In this document: one piece after another, positions 38,555 to 47,829 of the stretch
How positions within the stretch are numbered: position 1 is the first letter of the stretch
Layout: each line of letters opens with the position of its first letter
Assembly: GCA_016929645.1 (NCBI GenBank)
Contig: JAFGIK010000086.1
Location: 408-64,407 of the forward strand
Source: Candidatus Dojkabacteria bacterium
GTDB lineage: Bacteria; Patescibacteriota; Dojkabacteria; SC72; JAFGCJ01
Length of the DNA: 64,000 nt
Reading direction: 5' to 3'
The notes under the pieces: generated by a model
Told to the model about the DNA's origin: nothing
Database searches by the model: none
Seen by the model: the letters and a program-made list of their open reading frames with translations, nothing else
Made by a program: the position numbers and the translations under genes

Positions 38555-41230
38555 TTAACCCAATATTGTTGTTTCTTTTTTCTTAAGTTTCTCAACCATT
38601 TCAGATAGAAGTCTACAATAAAGACTAAACCCAATAGCTGAAACATTACCATGTTGCTGTTTTCCAAGAAAACTTCCAGATCCGCGAATCTCCAGATCTT
38701 TTTGTGCAAGATTAAATCCAGACCCGAGATCTTCAAGACTCCTAATCGCATCCAACCTTAATCTTGCCGTCTCCCATAAAATACCTTTTGAAGAGACACC
38801 CCATATATCATCATCATCAAAACCAATAGCATCATCCACTTTTAATTTTTTCTCATCCTTTACTGTCCTATTATCAGCAACACCTTTGTAAAAGAAATAT
38901 GCGTACGCTTGTCGTCGACTCCTCCCAATTCGACCACGTATTTGATAAAGTTGAGATAGTCCAAACATTTCTGCTTTATCAACAATCAACGTATTCACTC
39001 TTGGCATATCCAGACCATTTTCAATAATTGTAGTACAGAAAAGCACATCATATCGACCTTCGTTGAAGTCACGCATAACTTTGGATAATTCACTGTCCGA
39101 AAGCTGCCCATGCCCTACACCAAACTTGATATCTGGCATTTTTCTTTCAAGTATCTGCCGAACATGATTTATTGATTGCACACGATTATGCAGAAAATAT
39201 ACCTGTCCATTACGATCCACCTCGTTTCGTATAGCAGCTTCGGCATCTGCCCAATTAAAATGCTTAACAATATTTTTAATAGGTTTACGGCCAGCTGGAG
39301 CCGTGGCAATAAGAGAAATGTCACGAACGCCAGATAGAGCCATATTTAAAGTTCTTGGAATAGGAGTTGCCGTCATTGTCAACACATGCGTGTTGATTTT
39401 AAATTTTTTAATCTTCTCTTTCTGACTCACACCGAATTTCTGCTCTTCATCAATTACTAAAAGTCCGAGATCGTTAAATTCGATATCTTTAGATAATAAT
39501 CTATGAGTTCCGATCACAATATCGATTTTTTTGTTTTTGATATCTTTAAGAATTTCATTGCTTTCAGTACTTGAGACAAATCTTGATAGAGCAGCAACTT
39601 TAAGTCCAAATTTCTCAAGTCTAGTTTTAAACAAATGATAATGTTGCTCAACAAGAATTGTTGTAGGTGCAAGCACTGCCACTTGTTTACCAAGATAAGC
39701 AATGAGATAGGCCGTCCTTAAAGCAACCTCAGTCTTACCAAAACCGACATCCCCTACAATCAACCTATCCATAGGTTTTGAAGAGCGTAAATCAGCTTTA
39801 ATATCTGCCAAAGCAGAGAGCTGATCATCTGTCTCTACAAATTCAAAATCTTTTGCAACGTCATCAAGAATATTATCGTTGAATTGTAGTCCCTCTGTTT
39901 TTACAAGTTCTCTTGCTGCGTATATTCGAAGTAGCTCAATTGCGAGCTTTTCAACATCCTTTGTTACTTTATTCTTAACACGTAACCATTCTCCTCCACT
40001 GAGTCGTGTTAATTTGGGAGGATTTTTATTAACTCCGACATACTTTGTAATACGGTTAACTTGATCTAGCGGAATCAAAAGCCTGTCTTTCTGAGCATAT
40101 TTGAGCTCAATATATTTATCTGATGACTCATCAAATTGCTTGAGACCAGTATACAAACCTACCCCGTGATCTTCATGAACGACATAATCTCCGGGATTAA
40201 TCTCATTTAAAATAAGATTAGTATATTTACTACTTGTCTTGTTTGTTTTCAAATTAACAGTACCCCATATCTCCTGATCTGTGTAAACAACAGTATTTAG
40301 AGCCTTGGAAAAGAATCCTGAATCAAAATTATCATGAAAAATCTTAACTTTAGGAAAGTTTTTTTTGACGTGTTCAAAAAAATCATCATTTCTTGAAGAA
40401 ACAATAATTACTTCTACCTTTTGATCATTATATTTTCTAAGCTCTGTTTCATTCCAAATTGGTACACCAATATCAGTGTGCACTAGATTAATTGGAATAT
40501 TGATTTCGTCTTCAATTACAGGCTTTTCCGAATACAAAGCAATATCGCAACTAGACGCTTCTGATCCATCGTTTTTTATTTTTTTATTACTTGATTCTAC
40601 TAAATAAATGTTAAAAAAATCTGAAAACTTTGTATTCTCCAAATCCTTATTACCCACATAAATATCCGATCGAATATGAATAGGAAACGAAGTATTCAAA
40701 AGCGAAACTGAGCTAACGGTTGATAATTGACGTCGAGTTTCAGAATCGATCTGATATATTTCATTCAATTTATCAAAATCAAATTCCAAACGATACAATT
40801 TATTTGAGCCAACAGGATTTATAGTCATAACATCACCTATTACAGAAAACTCACCTTCAGTCCAAACTTGTTTCACTCGTACATATGATAATCTCTCTAA
40901 AGTTTTTAAGATTTGGGATAAATCATCACCGCAATTAATGAAATCAGATTTTTTTAACAAATCTAAATCTTTCAAATCAAGAAGCGCTATATCATCAATA
41001 TTGACTCCATTTTTTTTCTGAATCGCTATAATTCTTTTTTGATAAAGTTTATTAATCGACTCATTTATCAGAGCTACCAGATCAGTATTCTTTGTTATCA
41101 CCCAAGGATATTTTTGATTATTTAATGAAAGAATAATACTTTGATAAAGTTTTTCTACCCAAATTTTGTATTCAGGTTTTTTTGAAAAATAACTCCACCA
41201 AGATTTTGTTTTGAACTTTTTTTCTTTCAT
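38555..41230 (-). CDS. mfd: Transcription-repair coupling factor, shortened (no D7 domain)
   Basis: CarD-like RID GDYVVHEDHGVG, GDVGFGKTEVA, DEEQKFG, TATPIPRT, QIRGRIGRS, DLEIRGSG. Confidence 0.92.
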   Translation of the reverse strand: MKEKKFKTKSWWSYFSKKPEYKIWVEKLYQSIILSLNNQKYPWVITKNTDLVALINESINKLYQKRIIAIQKKNGVNIDDIALLDLKDLDLLKKSDFINCGDDLSQILKTLERLSYVRVKQVWTEGEFSVIGDVMTINPVGSNKLYRLEFDFDKLNEIYQIDSETRRQLSTVSSVSLLNTSFPIHIRSDIYVGNKDLENTKFSDFFNIYLVESSNKKIKNDGSEASSCDIALYSEKPVIEDEINIPINLVHTDIGVPIWNETELRKYNDQKVEVIIVSSRNDDFFEHVKKNFPKVKIFHDNFDSGFFSKALNTVVYTDQEIWGTVNLKTNKTSSKYTNLILNEINPGDYVVHEDHGVGLYTGLKQFDESSDKYIELKYAQKDRLLIPLDQVNRITKYVGVNKNPPKLTRLSGGEWLRVKNKVTKDVEKLAIELLRIYAARELVKTEGLQFNDNILDDVAKDFEFVETDDQLSALADIKADLRSSKPMDRLIVGDVGFGKTEVALRTAYLIAYLGKQVAVLAPTTILVEQHYHLFKTRLEKFGLKVAALSRFVSSTESNEILKDIKNKKIDIVIGTHRLLSKDIEFNDLGLLVIDEEQKFGVSQKEKIKKFKINTHVLTMTATPIPRTLNMALSGVRDISLIATAPAGRKPIKNIVKHFNWADAEAAIRNEVDRNGQVYFLHNRVQSINHVRQILERKMPDIKFGVGHGQLSDSELSKVMRDFNEGRYDVLFCTTIIENGLDMPRVNTLIVDKAEMFGLSQLYQIRGRIGRSRRQAYAYFFYKGVADNRTVKDEKKLKVDDAIGFDDDDIWGVSSKGILWETARLRLDAIRSLEDLGSGFNLAQKDLEIRGSGSFLGKQQHGNVSAIGFSLYCRLLSEMVEKLKKKETTILG

Positions 41231-41297
41231 ATAGAAAAAGTTTTTATGGATTAATCAAACAAGGATAATTGTAAAAGATGGCTATACTTACGACCCT

Positions 41298-41861
41298 TTA
41301 AAATTCTACTATCTCTCGAAGAGATTTTATCGCTTCTCCAATTACTTTATGTAGAACAGCTAATTCTTCCTCGCTAAATTTTGATAAAACATAAGCATCA
41401 CCAGGAATCGTCCTATCTCCAAGTCTTGAATCAACACCTAATCTTACTCTAAAAAACTCCTTTTTCAAGAGCTTTAATTCTACATCATTAACACCATTAT
41501 GTTTTTTGGGTGCAACAGACCTCTGGATCTTGAATTTCCCAAGCTCAAGATCAAGATCATCATGAACAAGAATAAAATCTTTATCAGCATCAATATTAAA
41601 ATAGCTGACAAGACGAAGTGCAGCAAGACCACTCCTATTCATCAAAGTGGAGGGTTTCGCCAGAATAATTCGGGAGGATTCACCGGATTTAGCTTCGCAG
41701 ATCTCTGATAAATACTTCTCATCATATTTCCAATCTTTAACATCATGAAGTGTATCATTACCAAGAAAATTACGAAGCTCATTAACAAAAAGAAATCCTG
41801 CATTATGTCTAGTGTTTTCATATTTTTGTCCTATATTTCCAAGACCTAGAATTATTTTCAT
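41298..41861 (-). CDS. pth: Peptidyl-tRNA hydrolase
   Basis: GLGNIG..YENTRHNAG, MNRSG, HDDLD, HNG. Confidence 0.95.
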   Translation of the reverse strand: MKIILGLGNIGQKYENTRHNAGFLFVNELRNFLGNDTLHDVKDWKYDEKYLSEICEAKSGESSRIILAKPSTLMNRSGLAALRLVSYFNIDADKDFILVHDDLDLELGKFKIQRSVAPKKHNGVNDVELKLLKKEFFRVRLGVDSRLGDRTIPGDAYVLSKFSEEELAVLHKVIGEAIKSLREIVEF

Positions 41862-41863
41862 AA

Positions 41864-42373
41864 TTATTTAATGAATAAATTATCAAGAACTTTTTCCTGA
41901 ATTTTGAACATCTCTTCTTTTTCCTTCTTTTGTCTGGAAAAATATGATGCATGATCATATCCATAAAGATGAAGCATACCATGAACAACTACTCGAAGTA
42001 ACTCTATTTCAAAAGTTTCTTTATTCAATCCTGCATTATATTTTATATTTGATGGGCAAATCCACACCTCACCAAGAACACCGTTCTCATGCATTGGAAA
42101 AGATAATACATCTGTTGAATTATTTATATTTCGAAACCTGTTATTCAAACCCTTCATCAAATATCCGTCTGTAATAACAATATTAATATCATTTTCTTCA
42201 AGATCGAAGTAACCGTCCTTATCAAAAGATTTTGCAAAAAATGGAACAGACTTAAAGGATTTCTTCAAGCTCAATACATATTTTGATATATGATCAAAAG
42301 CAAGATTACTTAATACAGAGTCCAGGGATTTAAAAACAAATATATCAGGCAATAAATATTTACTTGCAGACAT
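41864..42373 (-). CDS. ybeY: rRNA maturation endoribonuclease YbeY
   Basis: TDVLSF, HGMLHLYGYDH. Confidence 0.92.
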   Translation of the reverse strand: MSASKYLLPDIFVFKSLDSVLSNLAFDHISKYVLSLKKSFKSVPFFAKSFDKDGYFDLEENDINIVITDGYLMKGLNNRFRNINNSTDVLSFPMHENGVLGEVWICPSNIKYNAGLNKETFEIELLRVVVHGMLHLYGYDHASYFSRQKKEKEEMFKIQEKVLDNLFIK

Positions 42374-42380
42374 GGCTCGT

Positions 42381-42824
42381 CTATTTAGATAATTTTTCTT
42401 TTACAAGATTATTAACCACAGCACCATCAGCTTGCCCTTGAACCTTACCCATCACTGCACCCATAACACGACCAATATCTCGGGGTCCTGCTGCACCAAT
42501 TTCCTTGATCACTTCATCTATAGTCTTTGCAATATCATCTTCTCCTAGTTGTTTGGGAAGATACTTCTCAATTACCGCTAGTTGCTCCTCTTCCCGCTTT
42601 GCAAGATCATCTCGACCTGCAGATTTAAACTGATCCATAGACTCTTTTATTCTCTTTGCTTCAGAGAAAACAAGCTTGATTTCATCCGCCTCTGAAAGTT
42701 CACCCTTCTCGATCTTTGCATTTTTTAGTGAAGATAAAACAAGCCTCAGAATATCCCTCTCTACATCATTACCTTCCTGCATAGCCTTTACTGAATCTTT
42801 TTGTATTGTTTCTAGAATCGACAT
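42381..42824 (-). CDS. GatB/YqeY domain protein
   Basis: AGRDDLA..EE..YLPKQL..IGRVMGAVM; downstream of rpsU. Confidence 0.92.
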   Translation of the reverse strand: MSILETIQKDSVKAMQEGNDVERDILRLVLSSLKNAKIEKGELSEADEIKLVFSEAKRIKESMDQFKSAGRDDLAKREEEQLAVIEKYLPKQLGEDDIAKTIDEVIKEIGAAGPRDIGRVMGAVMGKVQGQADGAVVNNLVKEKLSK

Positions 42825-43001
42825 GAGAGTAAGAATAAAATTAATTTTGAAAAAATTATCCTTGAATTTTTCATCAAGGATAAAAACGGATATTGAGCAA
42901 AGAAAACAGGAATATTAATAAATAATACGAAGAACATTAGCCCATATCATAAGGAAATCAAACGGATTAAACAAATTGAAAAGAGCACAAACATAAGTAA
43001 G

Positions 43002-43211
43002 TTATTTCTCTTTTAATTGTCTTCGCCTTGCTGTACGTCTTCTTTTCTTCATCTTAATCCACTCACGTCGTTTCTGCCTATCATCATAAGTTGCGTCAAT
43101 ATGATACTGTCGTTCACGTACAGTCTCAAGGACTTTTTCTCGAACGACTTCGCGATGAAGACGTCTTAAAGCTGATTCAATACTTTCGTTTTGATGTACT
43201 ATTACTGCCAT
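43002..43211 (-). CDS. rpsU: 30S ribosomal protein bS21
   Basis: NESIESALRRL, basic C-terminus, rpsU-yqeY order. Confidence 0.85.
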   Translation of the reverse strand: MAVIVHQNESIESALRRLHREVVREKVLETVRERQYHIDATYDDRQKRREWIKMKKRRRTARRRQLKEK

Positions 43212-43277
43212 AACGTTCAGGATTATATAATAAATTTGAAAATAAGCAAAGAATATTCTAAAAGAATAAGACTTTCT

Positions 43278-45083
43278 CTATAAATGCCTATCACTGCTTG
43301 ATTTTCCAGCGGAGAACTCTTTACCAAACTCTTTTTCAGCAGAATCCATAACCTTATTTTCCCACAAAGATCTTCTGCCTTTCTTTGACATTCTCATCTT
43401 AAGATCACCCATACCGCCACCTACTCTTTCAGAAACAAACAAGATTACATTGTCGAACATTCCAGATTTATAAGAAAAACCGGCAACAACAAGAAGCAAA
43501 CCACCCAATGCTATCCTTGCTAGTGTACTGTCAAAAAGTCCAGTATTAGGTAGTCTACAAGTCACAAAAATATCCTCATCCGCATATATATCACCAGGCT
43601 CTGGCTCAGTAACATGGGCAAACACCTGATTATGTAAAGTTAGTCCAAAGGCCTCTCTTGGTACACGAATAGTATATCTAAAGTATCTCCAACACGAATC
43701 ATCTGTACAAGGCTCAAAGATTTGATCATCTCCTTCAAGATTCCATCTAATATGTTCTGATGTTATTTCTCCAGGAGGAATTGTTGGACTTGTTGATATG
43801 ATCCAATTCTGTTGAATAGTGTCATCATAGTGATCTTCTACATATTCTATCTTTCCAGTGCTCCCTTCAGCAGTGTTTCTTATCCTAATTTCGTAAGTGA
43901 TATCAGCATATACACTTGATGTACCCTCTTCATAACAAACAGGCGTGCCATTCTTCTCAATCTCCCAATCAGGAGGTGTCTCTTCCTGACAGACACACTC
44001 AGGCTGAATACACTCACTCCACAAACACTCCTGTTGAGGACCACCCGGATCGCCAAGCTCACAATGCTCATAATCCTGATTATAAATACGATCACCACAG
44101 AAAGGAGCAACCTGCTCTATACTTGCCGTACAGGTTTCAGCTTCCTTCCAACTATCCGCATAATTGTCAGCATCCGCAACATCAACCTTCACACTGTAAG
44201 TATGACCAGATTGCTGAGTGAGACTAAATGTACCGTTTAATGTACACTGATTTCGTCGACCAATATTTCCGTTCTGGATAAGTGGTTCACCAGTTCTAGC
44301 ACAAGTAATCATACTTGAGCCAGCCTCAACGATTTGAGGATATCCACTTACAACCTGGCCATCTTCCATTACGGTAACTCTAAATCTAACATTATCTCCA
44401 TCGATATCTTCTCCTCGAGTTGTAATTGACAAGGTATTTGTAGCCTGGTCCCATGTAGCAGTAGTGTCAATACAGTAGGTACATGCTGACCAATCAACTG
44501 AGTCACAGCTACCAGCAGCACCTTGAGCATCGAAACACATTACGGTAGCATCCCCAGCACAATCCATCTGGCCAAGAGAACATGGATATGAATTAAGGCT
44601 TAGCGAAGCACCATCGCCAGTATAGACCCAATAACCTTCAATAACATATTCAGAAAAATTTCCACCGCCATCACAACCCGCTCTAGGACCACTACAACTG
44701 GCACCAGTAATACTTGCAGAAGCATCATCAGTGCTACAAGCAGAGCCACTAGTTGTACATGTAAGACCACCACAATTGCACGTACAAGTACCATCATCAG
44801 GAGTTGTTCTTGGTGTACAATGACACCATCGATCATGACCATCTCCATCACCATCACACTCTTGTCCATCAAGACACGCAGCTTGCTCATCTGAAGCACA
44901 ACATGTTACTCCCTCAGTCGAACTACAACAATCATGTTCCGTACCAGCCTGACTCTCCTCAGGCGTCACCTCTTTGGGCTGATTCAACCTCCAGATAACA
45001 TAAACAGAAGCTCCAATAGCTAAAACTCCAAGAATCGAACCAAGGATGATAAAAATCGTTTTTTTGTTAATTCTAGTTGCCAA
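43278..45083 (-). CDS. Cys-rich surface protein with N-terminal TM, DUF11-like domain and LPNTG-TM-basic tail
   Basis: TTG start; Cys-rich modules including FCGDRIYNQDYEHCE; LPNTG at 43539-43553 followed by a hydrophobic helix. Confidence 0.7.
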   Translation of the reverse strand: MATRINKKTIFIILGSILGVLAIGASVYVIWRLNQPKEVTPEESQAGTEHDCCSSTEGVTCCASDEQAACLDGQECDGDGDGHDRWCHCTPRTTPDDGTCTCNCGGLTCTTSGSACSTDDASASITGASCSGPRAGCDGGGNFSEYVIEGYWVYTGDGASLSLNSYPCSLGQMDCAGDATVMCFDAQGAAGSCDSVDWSACTYCIDTTATWDQATNTLSITTRGEDIDGDNVRFRVTVMEDGQVVSGYPQIVEAGSSMITCARTGEPLIQNGNIGRRNQCTLNGTFSLTQQSGHTYSVKVDVADADNYADSWKEAETCTASIEQVAPFCGDRIYNQDYEHCELGDPGGPQQECLWSECIQPECVCQEETPPDWEIEKNGTPVCYEEGTSSVYADITYEIRIRNTAEGSTGKIEYVEDHYDDTIQQNWIISTSPTIPPGEITSEHIRWNLEGDDQIFEPCTDDSCWRYFRYTIRVPREAFGLTLHNQVFAHVTEPEPGDIYADEDIFVTCRLPNTGLFDSTLARIALGGLLLVVAGFSYKSGMFDNVILFVSERVGGGMGDLKMRMSKKGRRSLWENKVMDSAEKEFGKEFSAGKSSSDRHL

Positions 45084-45283
45084 TTCAGCAGTTTTGTAAA
45101 TTTACAAGCAATTAATTGAATCTTAAAAAATTTGCTCTACGTACATTATTTGTACAAAAGATTCAGATAAATATTTCTTTATAGAATATAACTATATCTC
45201 TATAAAATGTCAAAGATTTTTACCTGAAATTAAGTAACTCTAATTTGGTAGTGAAAAATTCCTTTAATATAAACATTTCTTTC

Positions 45284-46459
45284 TTACTTGAAGAATCCAG
45301 CGATAAAGGAAACTATTACAGAAAATAGATTTTTTATCCAATCCCAAACACCGAATTGAAAAAAATCTTTAGCTGAAATTACTATCATCAAACCAAACAA
45401 CAAAAGCATACTTACTGTAAATAAAACATTCTTAAATTTTTCATTAATTGGCTTCCCTCTTATTGCCTCAATCAAGATTATCACACCATGACCACCATCA
45501 AGTGCTGGAAATGGCATAATATTAAAGATAGCAAGAGTCAAATTAAGCATTGCAATTAAATCAAGCATACTAATAAGCCCAAGCCCTTTGAAAATATCAA
45601 CCACTGCAAACAATCCAATAGGACCAGTTACTTGTTGTGCAACAGGCTCAATTGTCTTTTCTTTTACAGATTCCTTTGCCAGATTTCCAATTGCATAGAA
45701 ATTCAACTGAATGATATTACCAGCGTGAAGAAAACCAGCAAATGGTCTTTGCCAGCCATTGTATTCTATTTTCCAGGTAGTAACATCTTCTATTAATTCG
45801 ACTCCAAGCCTGCCGTCGTCACCAATTTTAAACTTTTTAGTGTACTCTGTATCCATAAGATCATTAAATTTTATTTCAACCTCATTACCTGCGTTGTCTT
45901 GAAGAACTGCTGTAAACTGATCTGCAGATTTAACCGTATCTCCATTTATCTCTAAAATCGAAGCTGGAGCTTCAAGTCCAGCGTTATCTGCAGCAGAATC
46001 ATCAATCACATTTACAACAAGAAGATCACTTATCACCTCTTTCTTTTGATCACCAAACCAAAAATCCAAATCCTTATAGTAAGTTATATCTGAATAAACG
46101 AATCCCTTTGATATAAGAATGATATAAAAAAGAAAAACAGCAAGGAGAAAATTCATAAACACTCCAGAAAAAGAAACAAGAAGTTGAGCCCAAGGTCCCT
46201 TCTCGCTATAACTTCTTTGGGATTTAACATCCTCCTCTTCTCCAAGTAGTTTCACATAACCTCCAATAGGAAATAATTTCAGCATATATTCAGTCTCGCC
46301 ATATTTCTTAGAGAAAAGTTTTGGACCGAATCCAAATGCGAATTCTTCAACTTTTATGCCACTTACCTTTGCTGCAACAAAATGACCAAGTTCATGAATC
46401 AAAACAACAACACCAATTATCACGACAAAAATTAGAGCTGTAACTAAAAATGACCACAT
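45284..46459 (-). CDS. rseP: RseP-like M50 intramembrane zinc protease with PDZ
   Basis: HELGH, FAFGFGP, PIGGYVK, NIMPFPALDGG. Confidence 0.92.
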   Translation of the reverse strand: MWSFLVTALIFVVIIGVVVLIHELGHFVAAKVSGIKVEEFAFGFGPKLFSKKYGETEYMLKLFPIGGYVKLLGEEEDVKSQRSYSEKGPWAQLLVSFSGVFMNFLLAVFLFYIILISKGFVYSDITYYKDLDFWFGDQKKEVISDLLVVNVIDDSAADNAGLEAPASILEINGDTVKSADQFTAVLQDNAGNEVEIKFNDLMDTEYTKKFKIGDDGRLGVELIEDVTTWKIEYNGWQRPFAGFLHAGNIIQLNFYAIGNLAKESVKEKTIEPVAQQVTGPIGLFAVVDIFKGLGLISMLDLIAMLNLTLAIFNIMPFPALDGGHGVIILIEAIRGKPINEKFKNVLFTVSMLLLFGLMIVISAKDFFQFGVWDWIKNLFSVIVSFIAGFFK

Positions 46460-46480
46460 CAAAATATATTATTGGAAAAA

Positions 46481-47029
46481 TTACATATTCAGGATCTCAT
46501 CCTGCTTCTTGTCTGAAAACTCATCAATATTATCAATTATACTTGAGATATGTTTTTCAAATTCATCTTTCTTTCGCTCAATATCATCTTCCGATACCCC
46601 ACCAGATTTTAACTGATTATCAAGCTCTTCCATAATTTTATGACGAACCTGTCGTACAGCAACTTTGGATTCTTCTGTTCTAATCTTAACATCTTTAACA
46701 TAATTTTCTCTAATTTCCTGAGTCATGGAAGGAATACTAATTCGAATAGTTTCACCATCAACAATAGGAGTGATATCAATATCCGCAGCAAAAATAGCTT
46801 TCTCAATAGACTTTAAATTCGTCTTATCCCAAGGCTGTATCAAAATAGTTCTAGGATCAGGAGTAGAAATATTCGCAATATGCTTAATCGGCATTGTCGA
46901 TTCATACACCTCAACTTGAACAGAATCTAATATCTCTGGATTCGCCCGACCAAGTCTCAACTGATTCATCTCCCCTTTAAACCGCGAAACAATCTCGTCA
47001 AGTTTCTCCTTAGCCTCTGAAATATTCAT
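46481..47029 (-). CDS. frr: Ribosome recycling factor
   Basis: RLGRANP, IQPWD, KVAVRQVR. Confidence 0.96.
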   Translation of the reverse strand: MNISEAKEKLDEIVSRFKGEMNQLRLGRANPEILDSVQVEVYESTMPIKHIANISTPDPRTILIQPWDKTNLKSIEKAIFAADIDITPIVDGETIRISIPSMTQEIRENYVKDVKIRTEESKVAVRQVRHKIMEELDNQLKSGGVSEDDIERKKDEFEKHISSIIDNIDEFSDKKQDEILNM

Positions 47030-47083
47030 AAAGAATTGAAAAGGTTTAAATTAAGATACAAAGCCTAAAACACTATTTCAATT

Positions 47084-47791
47084 CTACTCTCCAAGCTTTA
47101 TTCTGTAAATACGACCTAAAGAAATTTTTTCTCCGATATTTGCAATTGCATCGTCAAGGATGTTTCGGATAGTTTTCTCTTCGTCTCTGAAGTATTTCTG
47201 CTCAGTAAGACATGATTCTTCGTAAAATTTCTTGAGTTTACCTTCCGTAATTTTCTCTATAATGTCATCTGATTTTCCCTTAAGTTCATCTGATTCTTTT
47301 ATCATTTTTTTCTGCTCTTCTATAACGGCCTTTGGTACCAAATCAGGCTCAGCATATTTTGCACCATTTGAAGCTACCTGCATTGCAAGTTCATGTGCTA
47401 AATTTTTGAATTTTTCGTTTTTGGCGACAAAATCTGTATCACAAAAAAGCTCGACAATAATAACCAACTTCTGCTCTTCTCCATGAATATAAATTCCAAG
47501 ACCACCCTCTTTTTTCTTTTCTTGAGAAGGATCTCCACCCCAACCGTTTTCCTTAATAATTTCGACAGCTTTCTCAAAATCACCTTCAGCTTTTTCATGT
47601 GCAATTTTACAGTGAATTATCTTTGCTCCAGTTAGGTTATAAAGCCTTGAAACAACGTCACTTCTTTTATCAATATACTTACGTGCCTTTTCAAAGTCAC
47701 CATCACTATCCGTCAATGCCTCTTTACAAAGAGCCATACCAGCAGAAGTCATTTTCCTAAGCTTCATTATATCCTTTGCTTTAAACGCCAT
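47084..47791 (-). CDS. tsf: Elongation factor Ts, short type, with two tandem UBA-like N-domains
   Basis: LRKMTSAGMALCKEAL, CDTDFVAKN, LAMQVA, GKLKKFYEE.CL; rpsB-tsf-frr order. Confidence 0.93.
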   Translation of the reverse strand: MAFKAKDIMKLRKMTSAGMALCKEALTDSDGDFEKARKYIDKRSDVVSRLYNLTGAKIIHCKIAHEKAEGDFEKAVEIIKENGWGGDPSQEKKKEGGLGIYIHGEEQKLVIIVELFCDTDFVAKNEKFKNLAHELAMQVASNGAKYAEPDLVPKAVIEEQKKMIKESDELKGKSDDIIEKITEGKLKKFYEESCLTEQKYFRDEEKTIRNILDDAIANIGEKISLGRIYRIKLGE

Positions 47792-47829
47792 TTTCGTTGT
47801 CTTATTAATTTAGTTATTAACAATAAAAT

